Origin: Parcubacteria group bacterium GW2011_GWC1_45_13
GTDB taxonomy: Bacteria > Patescibacteriota > Minisyncoccia > UBA11713 > 2-01-FULL-45-33
NCBI GenBank assembly: GCA_001001285.1
Contig: LCKG01000001.1
Coordinates: 39,223-103,222 of the forward strand
Direction of reading: 5' to 3'
DNA length: 64,000 nt
The notes under the pieces were generated by a model. It saw nothing but the letters and a program-made list of their open reading frames with translations. It was not told the origin of the DNA and did not search any database. The number at the start of each line of letters is the position of its first letter. The stretch's first letter is position 1. Position numbers and translations under genes: made by a program. Below are positions 28,320 to 37,308 of this stretch, one piece after another.

Positions 28320-28987
28320 AATAGTTTTTCTACACGGCTAATATCCGCCGGAGTGGAAATGCCGCCAACTGGCCTTTGGGCTTTAACCGCCATAACTTTT
28401 TCTTTTTTAATTAATTGATTTAACATGCTGGAAAAATAAAATTCGCCATTAGGATGCTGTTTCGGTTTATACTGAAAGATTGTTTGATTGAGCACCATTA
28501 AACCGTTGGCTATCAAATTACCTACTGCGCGTTCTGGTTTTTCAGACATTTCTTCTATACTGCCGTCCTTTCTTAAAGTTGCCACCGCGTGATTCCATGG
28601 ATCTGGGACTTCAAAACACAAAATGCTCAAAGGATAGGCTAAACAATTAATGAAATCTTCTTTGGTTAAAAGTTCATCGCCTTGTACCACCATAAATCTT
28701 TCATTTTTTAAATAAGGTTTAGCGGCAAGAAAACTGTAGGCATTACCCAAATCGGACCCTTCAGCATAGACCACAGGGCGGCCGTGAAATTCCTTGCCGC
28801 AATGCTTTTTAATTTTATCTTCAAGATAACGCACAGCTATAATAGCTTCGTCAATTTCCAGAGGCAGCGCTTCAAAAATATGGTCCAGAATAGTTTTACC
28901 GGCAATTTTTAGAAGCGGCTTGGGAGTATCAAGCGTAAGCGGCCGCATGCGCATTCCCTCGCCTGCCGCCAATATAACGACTTTCAT
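28316..28987 (-). CDS. Sugar-phosphate nucleotidyltransferase (HddC-like position)
   Basis: ILAAGEGMRMRPLT..PKPLL. Confidence 0.9.
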   Translation of the reverse strand: MKVVILAAGEGMRMRPLTLDTPKPLLKIAGKTILDHIFEALPLEIDEAIIAVRYLEDKIKKHCGKEFHGRPVVYAEGSDLGNAYSFLAAKPYLKNERFMVVQGDELLTKEDFINCLAYPLSILCFEVPDPWNHAVATLRKDGSIEEMSEKPERAVGNLIANGLMVLNQTIFQYKPKQHPNGEFYFSSMLNQLIKKEKVMAVKAQRPVGGISTPADISRVEKLL

Positions 28988-28989
28988 GG

Positions 28990-29916
28990 CTATTTAGTCT
29001 CCAAGCGTTCCTTAATAATATAAGGCGTTTTTCTGTTGGTCTCAAAATAAACCCGCAGCATAAGCTCGGCCAGAAAACCGATCATGAAAAATAAAATCCC
29101 TGCCAATATAAAAAACACGGCAAGAATAGGTAAAGGAGTTTGCCCAAAATTGCGAAGGCCCGCCAATTTAAGATAAACGGACACAGCGCCGACAATCATG
29201 CCCACAAAAATAGCTGCCGCGCCCGCGCCGCCAAAAAATACCAAAGGGCGTCCGGTCATGCTTGATAAAAATTTAATGGTAAGCAAATCGCAAATATCTT
29301 TCACCGCTTTCATAAAATAATGCTTGGAGACACCGAAAGCTCTCGCGTGATGCCGAACCGGAATTTCCGCGACTTTGGCTCCGCGCATATAAAGATATGC
29401 CGGCAAAAACACGTGCATCTCGCCATATAAATGAACTGGTTGAATAATATCTCTACGATAAGCCTTAATAGCGCAAGCAGAATCGTGGAGATAAAGCCCT
29501 GTCACTTTGGCAGTGAGCCAATTGGCCAATCGCGACAAAAGCTTTCTGCTAAAAGAGTCGTGCCTATCCTTACGCCAGCCGGAAACAACATCGTATCCTT
29601 CCCGAATTTTGGCAACCAATTCGGGAATATCCGCCGGATCGTTTTGCAAATCCGCATCCATGGTAATAATAATCTCGCCTTGGGCATCGTGTATGCCGGC
29701 GTCCAGACCCGCTGTCTGGCCAATATTGTAAGCCAAGGAAATAATTTTTATTGGTGAGAGTTTTTTTAATTCGTCCAAAGTTCTGTCAGTAGAAGCATTA
29801 TTTACGGCAATAATCTCAAACGGCTCGCCGAGACTTTTTAAAACCGCGAGCGTGCGCTTGTGCAACTCACCAACATTTTCTTCTTCATTATACGCAGGAA
29901 ATACTATGGAAATCAT
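28990..29916 (-). CDS. GT2 ArnC/GtrB-like polyprenyl-phosphate glycosyltransferase
   Basis: PAYNEE, MDADLQNDP, two C-terminal TM helices. Confidence 0.9.
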   Translation of the reverse strand: MISIVFPAYNEEENVGELHKRTLAVLKSLGEPFEIIAVNNASTDRTLDELKKLSPIKIISLAYNIGQTAGLDAGIHDAQGEIIITMDADLQNDPADIPELVAKIREGYDVVSGWRKDRHDSFSRKLLSRLANWLTAKVTGLYLHDSACAIKAYRRDIIQPVHLYGEMHVFLPAYLYMRGAKVAEIPVRHHARAFGVSKHYFMKAVKDICDLLTIKFLSSMTGRPLVFFGGAGAAAIFVGMIVGAVSVYLKLAGLRNFGQTPLPILAVFFILAGILFFMIGFLAELMLRVYFETNRKTPYIIKERLETK

Positions 29917-29954
29917 AGTCTAATGTTATTGTATTTCCTAATAAAATCAAGGGT

Positions 29955-30016
29955 TTGACAAAAATAAGTTTATTTGCTAGCATTTTATCCAGAAAATCTA
30001 GTTTGGAAAAAGGAGG
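29955..30016 (+). promoter_or_regulatory. Consensus sigma70 promoter and SD
   Basis: TTGACA (29955)-17 bp-TAGCAT (29978) with TGn; AGGAGG at 30011. Confidence 0.8.
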
Positions 30017-30024
30017 AATCGCTC

Positions 30025-30912
30025 ATGCCTAAAGGTGTAATCAGAAAATATCCCGGGCGGATATATCCCGGCGGATTGAAAGTGCTTTATGGAGGAACAA
30101 GAACAGGAATAAGGCTGGATCGGCCATGGCAATTGCCCATTCGGACTGACCCAGTAAAATGCCCATTCTGCAGAGGCGAAGAAAAAGTGCTTAAAACTTT
30201 TGATAACGGCTGGCTTTTGTTGGAAAATCGCTTCACACCGCACTCCTATCATAAAATGATCATTCCTCCGAGCTGTTGGTCGGAAAACAAGCTGCGAATA
30301 CTTGGCGGAGTGAAAGAAATTGAAAAAGCACTCTTCGACGTCTGCTCCTTGATTAGCGATGTCAACGCAGAAATGTGGGTGCAAGCTTATGTTGGCGCGC
30401 TCGCGGGTCAAAACATTTCTCATCTGCACTACCACGTGTTAGCGCCAGAGCGTTTTGATTCGACTGACAGTAGTGCAAAACAATCCGAAGCACTTCTGAA
30501 TGTCCAGAAAAACGAGCAGGCCTTAATAGACCTTCTTGGAAATTCGGATAAAATTTTCCTTAACGACTACGGTATAAAAGTGGTTATCGAAAGCATATTC
30601 AGAGCAGGCCAGTGCTTTGTGGTTAGTACCGGTGGAGGCGGTTTGATGACACAACCGCCAGATGTTCTGGCTTGGGCTTTTTCTAAAACTGTCCAAGCTT
30701 ACGCCAACGCATTCCGTAGTAAACAAGGACTTGCACCAGACTTCCAAATATTCTTTAAGTTTCTGGGAACAAGTTTTGTTTACGGAAGCTATCTGCCAAT
30801 TTTGAACCACCAAGGCACAACAGAAACAGTTGGAGCGATTCTGTCGGGAGGCCCATTCGTTCATCCTTGGACGCCGGAAGAAACCCTAGAAGCGTTACAG
30901 AAAGTGAGCTAA
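30025..30912 (+). CDS. HIT/GalT-like nucleotide hydrolase or transferase; start MPKGV
   Basis: CPFC, ENRFTP, GALAGQNISHLHYH histidine triad; SD supports ATG 30025. Confidence 0.7.
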   Translation: MPKGVIRKYPGRIYPGGLKVLYGGTRTGIRLDRPWQLPIRTDPVKCPFCRGEEKVLKTFDNGWLLLENRFTPHSYHKMIIPPSCWSENKLRILGGVKEIEKALFDVCSLISDVNAEMWVQAYVGALAGQNISHLHYHVLAPERFDSTDSSAKQSEALLNVQKNEQALIDLLGNSDKIFLNDYGIKVVIESIFRAGQCFVVSTGGGGLMTQPPDVLAWAFSKTVQAYANAFRSKQGLAPDFQIFFKFLGTSFVYGSYLPILNHQGTTETVGAILSGGPFVHPWTPEETLEALQKVS

Positions 30913-30924
30913 AGCTGCTGAACT

Positions 30925-30958
30925 GCCGAGCAATGCGCCTGCACGCTCGGCTTTTTTT
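30925..30958 (+). terminator. Intrinsic terminator
   Basis: GCCGAGC...GCTCGGC followed by T7. Confidence 0.75.
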
Positions 30959-31679
30959 ATCTCCTTCTTCCGAATAAAATCAAGCTGGTGCCAAATGGCA
31001 TCGGTAAAAATTTATCAATTTTCAGCAATAGATTTAAAACTCTCCCTCTAAAAGTTTTTCCAGCGGTAGCTGAATTTATCGGATAGGGCTTTCGCAAAAT
31101 TTTGCTGAAGAGAACGCAAACAGGTATCAAAGTAAATCCGAAGTAGCGAATTTTTTCTATTTTGATTAAATTGGTTTTATTTATTAATTTTTTTAGTTGG
31201 TCTCTGCTGTAGCGCCTGAAATGCCCCAGCTCGTTATCGTGAAATCCAAAAAGCGATTGCATAGCCGGCACCGTCAAAATCAGACTGCCTTCCGGGCGCA
31301 CTAAATTGGCAAGTTTATTAGCCGCCTCTTGATCATCTTTGATGTGTTCCAATACATCATGAGCTATAACGCAATCAAATCTTTCGCCTAACGGAAAATC
31401 TTCTATAGAACCCCGCTGAAAAGAGCAAGAAGTAGTAAATTCTTTCGGCATAAGCTTCTTTGCAAGGTCAATATATTCCGGCGCGGGATCAATCCCCAAA
31501 ACTTTGTGTCCGGCCCGGGCAAGCAAAAAAGAAAAATCTCCTGAGCCACACCCGGCATTTAGAATTTTCAGAGACTTTTTTCTCTTCAAAAAATCCAAAA
31601 TAATTTGATATTTAGCGTTGGCGTAGGGATCAATATGCCTAACAAGCAAATCTTTATATTGATATCTATTTTCTATCAT
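30957..31679 (-). CDS. Class I SAM methyltransferase; start MIENRY
   Basis: NAGCGSG, DVLEHI, TVPA...HD..GHFRRY. Confidence 0.85.
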   Translation of the reverse strand: MIENRYQYKDLLVRHIDPYANAKYQIILDFLKRKKSLKILNAGCGSGDFSFLLARAGHKVLGIDPAPEYIDLAKKLMPKEFTTSCSFQRGSIEDFPLGERFDCVIAHDVLEHIKDDQEAANKLANLVRPEGSLILTVPAMQSLFGFHDNELGHFRRYSRDQLKKLINKTNLIKIEKIRYFGFTLIPVCVLFSKILRKPYPINSATAGKTFRGRVLNLLLKIDKFLPMPFGTSLILFGRRR

Positions 31680-31695
31680 AAAATTAAAAAATATT

Positions 31696-33126
31696 TTAGA
31701 AAAACGTGTAAAACAAAACTTGCGTGACAACTATTTGAAACAACATCAAAAATAAAAATGGATTAAATAAAGATTGATTTTCTTCTTTGAACAATTTATT
31801 AGGGAACATAAGAAAAAACGGAAGAATAAAAAGCCATAATCTTTCCACGTTAGCCTGAAAGACGCCGACAGCCAAGAAAAACAATAAAATCAATACTCCG
31901 CTCTTAAAAAGTATGTTGCTTTCTTTAAATGTAGTTGGCCAGCCCTGAAAAAAAACATAAACCAACGGTAGGCCAAAATAAATCAAAAAATTTACAATAT
32001 TCATAAAGACATAGAGAAAATAAATCTGCGCCGATTCAAAATTGCTTTTGACTGCTTCGCTGTTAGCCAGCCGCGCTGAAAAAAAGTTGTCTATAATAGA
32101 ATAATCCGACCATTGCTTTATGGCGAAAAAAAATAAAATAAAAACAGCTAATGCAAAAAGTATCCGCAGAACTATCTTAATACGATCTGCAACAACTGCT
32201 TGTTTCAAGCTTAGCCACGCCCAGAAAAGAAAAAACGGACCTAAAAGCAAAAAAATAAAATTAGAAAACAACGCTAAAGCCGCGGCTAAACTTCCTAAAC
32301 CTGAAAACCAGATATTCTTTCGCCAACCAATATATAAAAGCGTTATAGCACTCCAGACTAAAAACATAAAAACGCCGTCCATTGAAGTTGCCGTCATCAT
32401 TACCACGCTCGGCACAAATATAAAAATTTCCAGCGCCCTTCTGACCTCCAATTCGTCTAAAAAATATTTCCATAGAAAATAAAGTGGCCATAAAGTTAAA
32501 CCAGCTATAAAAACAACCCACAGCGCCTCACCGAAAAACCCGGCATTAAAATATTTATAAACAAAATACAAAACCAGCGTGTAACCAGGCGGATGAGTTA
32601 TGCTGTGTTTGGCTAAGCCTGGAAGCAATGAGATATAATTATGCAAAAAATCCTTTGTCGTCTCCACCTTGTTCATATTGCCGCTGTATTCCCAAAATGT
32701 CCGGGTAAACGGATCAGCGATGCTTTTTACGCCCTCGCGAACGCCGGCAACGCCCAAAGAAAAAACTAAAAAGACTAAAAATAAACTCGCAAGAAATTTA
32801 TGAGGCGAAAACGCTTCAATCTTTTTGCGAAAATATAGAAACACAAAAAAAGCGGCCAAAGCTATAAGCAACCATATTAAGCTTGTTAATTTAGGCGAAG
32901 GTATGGCATAAAAAAACAGAAGCGCCGGAATGTATTCTTTATGAAACAAGCCTATTAAAAATTTGGCCCAAACGATCAAGCCGAATGCTGATGCAAAAAT
33001 TAAAAAAAGGTGACGAGCATCTTTATTCGTCCAAAAATAACGATAATACAAGTAAACAAATAGTGAAACAAAAACAAATAAATAGACAGTAGATTTAATA
33101 GCAACAATTAATTTTGCTTCCAACAT
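31696..33126 (-). CDS. GT-C-like polytopic membrane protein
   Basis: Many TM helices; HSITHPPG; VERLWL. Confidence 0.6.
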   Translation of the reverse strand: MLEAKLIVAIKSTVYLFVFVSLFVYLYYRYFWTNKDARHLFLIFASAFGLIVWAKFLIGLFHKEYIPALLFFYAIPSPKLTSLIWLLIALAAFFVFLYFRKKIEAFSPHKFLASLFLVFLVFSLGVAGVREGVKSIADPFTRTFWEYSGNMNKVETTKDFLHNYISLLPGLAKHSITHPPGYTLVLYFVYKYFNAGFFGEALWVVFIAGLTLWPLYFLWKYFLDELEVRRALEIFIFVPSVVMMTATSMDGVFMFLVWSAITLLYIGWRKNIWFSGLGSLAAALALFSNFIFLLLGPFFLFWAWLSLKQAVVADRIKIVLRILFALAVFILFFFAIKQWSDYSIIDNFFSARLANSEAVKSNFESAQIYFLYVFMNIVNFLIYFGLPLVYVFFQGWPTTFKESNILFKSGVLILLFFLAVGVFQANVERLWLFILPFFLMFPNKLFKEENQSLFNPFLFLMLFQIVVTQVLFYTFF

Positions 33127-33129
33127 TTT

Positions 33130-33777
33130 TTATTTTTTCCAGCCGATAAACGCATGATTCATGCCCCACTGCGTCCAAAAATATTTTTTGGTTATATCAC
33201 GAAATCCGGCGCGCTTAAGCCTTTCTATAATTTCGGCGTCCGGCAAGTAATAATCTTCGTTTTCGTGCATGCCGCGAACTGAATCCACGTCGTAATGCGT
33301 GCCAAAAACGCTATCGTATACAGCGACAATCTTATGAATCAATATGCCAGCGAATGCGCAAGGCATAGTAACAACTATGTTGCCACCTGGATTCAAACAA
33401 CGATTGGATTCGGCGAGTTCCTTGTCCCGCAATTCTTTCGGAACATGGTTTAAACTCGCAATAAAAGTCACGGAATCAAAAGAGTGATTGGAAAAAGGGA
33501 AATTTTCCAAACTTGTCACAATATTTTCTTCCGTCAAACCTTCGTAAGGAAACACGTCCACCCCCACGCCATTGCCGTTCAAATATTTTTGAACAAATAA
33601 ATTATATTTGCCGCACCCCACGTCCAGACAGCGTCCGCGAATTTCTTTGGCCGCATACTCAAACCTCTCCGCCTGTGTAGAAGTCAGTCCCCACTTATTC
33701 ACTTCAAAAAGCGCAAGTGCGCGCAAAGGCAACGCGATAAAATCCTTAAATTTTTGTGTTCGGCTTCTTTTTTTCAT
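33130..33777 (-). CDS. Class I SAM methyltransferase; start MKKRSR
   Basis: LDVGCG, FDSV..ASLNHVP, LNPGG. Confidence 0.85.
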   Translation of the reverse strand: MKKRSRTQKFKDFIALPLRALALFEVNKWGLTSTQAERFEYAAKEIRGRCLDVGCGKYNLFVQKYLNGNGVGVDVFPYEGLTEENIVTSLENFPFSNHSFDSVTFIASLNHVPKELRDKELAESNRCLNPGGNIVVTMPCAFAGILIHKIVAVYDSVFGTHYDVDSVRGMHENEDYYLPDAEIIERLKRAGFRDITKKYFWTQWGMNHAFIGWKK

Positions 33778-35206
33778 ACAAAATATACTTGCCGTTATCA
33801 ATTTTTATACCATATTCGCTTCTAATAGGCGAATAATTAGTTAAATAATAGTTGCTTTCCCACGGGCCGCTTATAATGTAAGCGGGGAATTGGCGCGTCG
33901 AGAGCAAGTCCGCGCCGAAAGTAATATGCGGATTTGCGCGCAAATAATACCAAATATCTTCGCGATTTAATAAAAAGGATATCTCCGGAATGTCTACAAC
34001 TAGAATTCCTGTCCCAGGCGGAACAGCCTGGTTTACATCTTCTGCAAATTGCCGTGGGGTACGGTCATAATATAAACTGGCTTGAGTATTCACCACCAAG
34101 ACAACAATTTGGGTCGCAGTTAAAGCGGCAACTACAATCATCTGGGCATTCCTTTTGACCCAAGCGTAAGCGCCAAATCCTTGTGCAATGCTTCCCAGCG
34201 CCGGTGGAAATAAAACAAACAATAAAACGTGCGCTGGGAAAAAATAGCGGTACCAGCCTGCGGTTTTTAAATAAAAAATAAAATCAAGAACAACAAACAC
34301 GGTTAAAATAATTTCCAGCCTAAGCCATTTGCGCGGCTTGATAAAAATTTTGGAAAGAAAAAAGGCCACCAAAAGCAAAGCGAAATGAATTGGCGTGGAC
34401 TCCTTGAAAAATCGCAGAAAATTAACCAAAATAGTGCCCTCCGCATTGTAAGGATTACGATAAAGCTGTAAAGTTCTTACTAAATAATCAAAAGTAAAAT
34501 TGGACGGCAAAAGCGTGTAAAACCAAATCAAAAGCGGAATCGCTATTCCCGAAGCCAGCAAAAACCAACGTTTGTAATTTATTTTTTTATCTGTCTCGCT
34601 GGCAGGCAGGTTTTGCCAGGTAAACCAAATCTCGCCCGCCATCACACTGGCAGCCAAAAGCAAATAAAGCGATTTTGTGGCGGCTCCGAAACCCAAAAGC
34701 AAGCCAGCCGCGAAAACGCGCCAAGGTCGCTCGCTTTCCAGAAACAATAACCCTCCCAAAAAATACGTAAGCCCAGGAATTTCTCCCAAAGCGCTTTTGC
34801 CATTGCCATAAAGCGGCAAAAAGGTAACCAAAAGAGCCAAGCTCATAAGTGAGTTTCTCGCGCCGTAATATTTCGCGCATAGAGAATAAAACAAATACGC
34901 GAAAATAAACAAAAATATAAACATAACGACCTTGGCTTGCCACAAACCTATTCCAAAAATTTTAAAAGAAAGCGCGATCCAAAGCAGCAACGGATAATTT
35001 GTTGTTATTAATAAAGAGCGTTCTTTTATGAATTCGTTAGGGGCAATTTCCAAACTAAATACTCCGCGAGTAACTAAAGATTTTGCTATGCCTAAATTAA
35101 TGCCTTCATCAAACCAAGGAGCTGGGCTGTCCGGAAACCCATAAAATACCATATAAACAAAAATGGCTGTGATAATAAGGAGTGTTAAATTATACGAGTT
35201 CTTCAT
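33746..35206 (-). CDS. ArnT/PMT-like GT-C glycosyltransferase
   Basis: WFDEG after TM1; multiple TMs; RY motif. Confidence 0.75.
   Translation of the reverse strand: MKNSYNLTLLIITAIFVYMVFYGFPDSPAPWFDEGINLGIAKSLVTRGVFSLEIAPNEFIKERSLLITTNYPLLLWIALSFKIFGIGLWQAKVVMFIFLFIFAYLFYSLCAKYYGARNSLMSLALLVTFLPLYGNGKSALGEIPGLTYFLGGLLFLESERPWRVFAAGLLLGFGAATKSLYLLLAASVMAGEIWFTWQNLPASETDKKINYKRWFLLASGIAIPLLIWFYTLLPSNFTFDYLVRTLQLYRNPYNAEGTILVNFLRFFKESTPIHFALLLVAFFLSKIFIKPRKWLRLEIILTVFVVLDFIFYLKTAGWYRYFFPAHVLLFVLFPPALGSIAQGFGAYAWVKRNAQMIVVAALTATQIVVLVVNTQASLYYDRTPRQFAEDVNQAVPPGTGILVVDIPEISFLLNREDIWYYLRANPHITFGADLLSTRQFPAYIISGPWESNYYLTNYSPIRSEYGIKIDNGKYILYEKKKPNTKI
34590..34610 (-). repeat. 21-nt palindromic micro-element, in frame in GT-C loop
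   Basis: CCTGCCTGCCAGCGAGACAGA, adding LPASETD. Confidence 0.65.
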
Positions 35207-35943
35207 TTTATTTTATAACGCCCCAACCAAGATTTTATTTTCATCCGCAAAATATCTTTAAACATAGAAAACGCGTCTTTTACAAGCCGAACACTGGTAG
35301 CTTCGCGATGATAAAGCGCAACCGGAAAATCTTGAAATTTCAAATGATTTTCTTGAGCAATAATCAACATCTCAATATCAAAAGCGAAACGGTCTACAGT
35401 TAATTTCTCCGTGGCCAGTATAGCGAATTCTTTTTTGAACATTTTTACTCCACACTGGGTGTCTTTCACGCCAGGCAAAATTAAAAAACGCGCAAGGCCG
35501 GAAAAAAGCAAACTGGACAATCTTCGTGTCAGTGTATATCCGGCGTAGCCACGCGACAACGAATGGGCACGCGAACCGTATAATAAATAAATATCTTTAT
35601 TTGAATTCATAAATTTATACATATCGCTGAAAATCTCCATGCCGTAAGAAAGGTCTGTATCCGTAAAAACAATGTAAGCGCCTGAGGCAGCTTTTATGCC
35701 GGCGCGCACAGCAAAACCTTTCCCGCGATTTTTTGGTAAATTAATGGTGTAATAATAATCAAGTTTGCCCTTAAATTTTTCTAAAATATCAGACGTGGTG
35801 TCATCGCTTCCGTCGTTTACAACTATAAGCTCGATTTTGTAGGGCTGCCCAGAAATCCAAGCGCTAAGTTTTTCCAAAGACTGCTGCAAAATCTCGGCAC
35901 CGTTAAAAACAGGCAAAATAATGGATAATTTTATGTTGTCCAT
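35203..35943 (-). CDS. GT2, dolichyl-phosphate glucosyltransferase-like
   Basis: NRGKGFAV, FTDTD, DTQCGVKMF, FAFDIE. Confidence 0.9.
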   Translation of the reverse strand: MDNIKLSIILPVFNGAEILQQSLEKLSAWISGQPYKIELIVVNDGSDDTTSDILEKFKGKLDYYYTINLPKNRGKGFAVRAGIKAASGAYIVFTDTDLSYGMEIFSDMYKFMNSNKDIYLLYGSRAHSLSRGYAGYTLTRRLSSLLFSGLARFLILPGVKDTQCGVKMFKKEFAILATEKLTVDRFAFDIEMLIIAQENHLKFQDFPVALYHREATSVRLVKDAFSMFKDILRMKIKSWLGRYKIK

Positions 35944-37241
35944 TTAGTTGCCTTAACGATCATTAAATGAAATCCTAGCCCGGCGAATAAAAACATAAAC
36001 GGCTGGAGGGGTATTATAAACCTACTTCCGTCGGCGCCAAAAGCTCCCGTACTGCCAGCCGTAAACATAATTATTCCAACCATGGCTAAAAATATAATAG
36101 AGTAGGCGCGTTGTCTTTTGTAAAACAAACTTACCAGCATTAAAACGTAAACGATCACCCAAAAAAACCACCCTAGTGCCGTCAAAAAATAAACGGATGT
36201 TCCCAAAAAACCTAAAAACAAATTGGGAATTTTCGGCTTAAGAACATAATCGGCTAAATACTGATAATAATTAATGAGGCGTGATTTTATGGCCAGAGTA
36301 GTATGGAACTGTAGGTAAGCCAGCGGACGCTCTTTAACAATTTCAAAAAAATGATTTTTATAAAATGGAACATTCATAAAATCACGAGTAAAAGTTTCCA
36401 GATTAGGATAATTGGATGGAGGAATAGGATATGACAATTGAAAACCTTCAGCATCGGCGAATTTCTGAACAAGTATGTCGTAAAGATTATACCAAGAAGC
36501 GCTAGTGAGTTGCCAAGTGTCAAATACTATTTTATTTCTAAGCAACCACGGAAAAAGCACCGCAAGAAATATTAAAATCGTAATGACTATTTGCCGCCAT
36601 GGCAAATGAAACCAACTCTTCCAGATTTTCCAATCCTCAAAAATCATTAAAAATAAAAACAATGGCAGAAAATACAAACTGGTCGGCCGCGTGAGTGTAG
36701 CTAATCCCAAAATAAGCGCGAAAATATAGTAGCGCTTAAGAAAAAAATAATAACAAGACAAAACAAATAAAAACGTAAAAAGATAATCTGACATTAAAAG
36801 ATTGTTCCAATAGATGGATGCCGGCTCCAGAGCCGTTAAAATAGCCGCAAAAAGATTTACGCCATGAGAAAAACCGAGTAATCTGCCAATGCGGTAAATA
36901 AAAACACTAATAAAACCAGCCATGATATTTTGAACAAAAATTATCCAAAAAAGTGGCAGTTTCAGTAACAAAAAGCCGGCCACAAAGAACGTATAAAGCG
37001 GCATGCGGTAAGCATCCGACGTATACGGAGGGCTTATATTTAAACTAAAAATGCGATGATTAATTAAATTTTCCGCACCGCGGAGATAAAAAGAAAAAGC
37101 ATCCGAATGGGCGATAAAGCCGTGCTCGCCAAAAAATAGCAGTACAAAAATAGCATAAAGAAAACGTAAGCCAAATGCCAAAAGAAAAATGAAAATTTCT
37201 GTTTTATGTCGTTTCAACCAAAGCCAAAATTTTTCTGACAT
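35931..37241 (-). CDS. ArnT/PMT-like GT-C glycosyltransferase
   Basis: SDA..Y, RMPLY, LTRP, PWLLRN, RF..P. Confidence 0.75.
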   Translation of the reverse strand: MSEKFWLWLKRHKTEIFIFLLAFGLRFLYAIFVLLFFGEHGFIAHSDAFSFYLRGAENLINHRIFSLNISPPYTSDAYRMPLYTFFVAGFLLLKLPLFWIIFVQNIMAGFISVFIYRIGRLLGFSHGVNLFAAILTALEPASIYWNNLLMSDYLFTFLFVLSCYYFFLKRYYIFALILGLATLTRPTSLYFLPLFLFLMIFEDWKIWKSWFHLPWRQIVITILIFLAVLFPWLLRNKIVFDTWQLTSASWYNLYDILVQKFADAEGFQLSYPIPPSNYPNLETFTRDFMNVPFYKNHFFEIVKERPLAYLQFHTTLAIKSRLINYYQYLADYVLKPKIPNLFLGFLGTSVYFLTALGWFFWVIVYVLMLVSLFYKRQRAYSIIFLAMVGIIMFTAGSTGAFGADGSRFIIPLQPFMFLFAGLGFHLMIVKATKWTT

Positions 37242-37308
37242 AATATAAAAGATTCTAACATTTAAAAAAGCGAGAAAAAAGCCCCCTCAAAGATTGCGGA
37301 GGCCGAAT

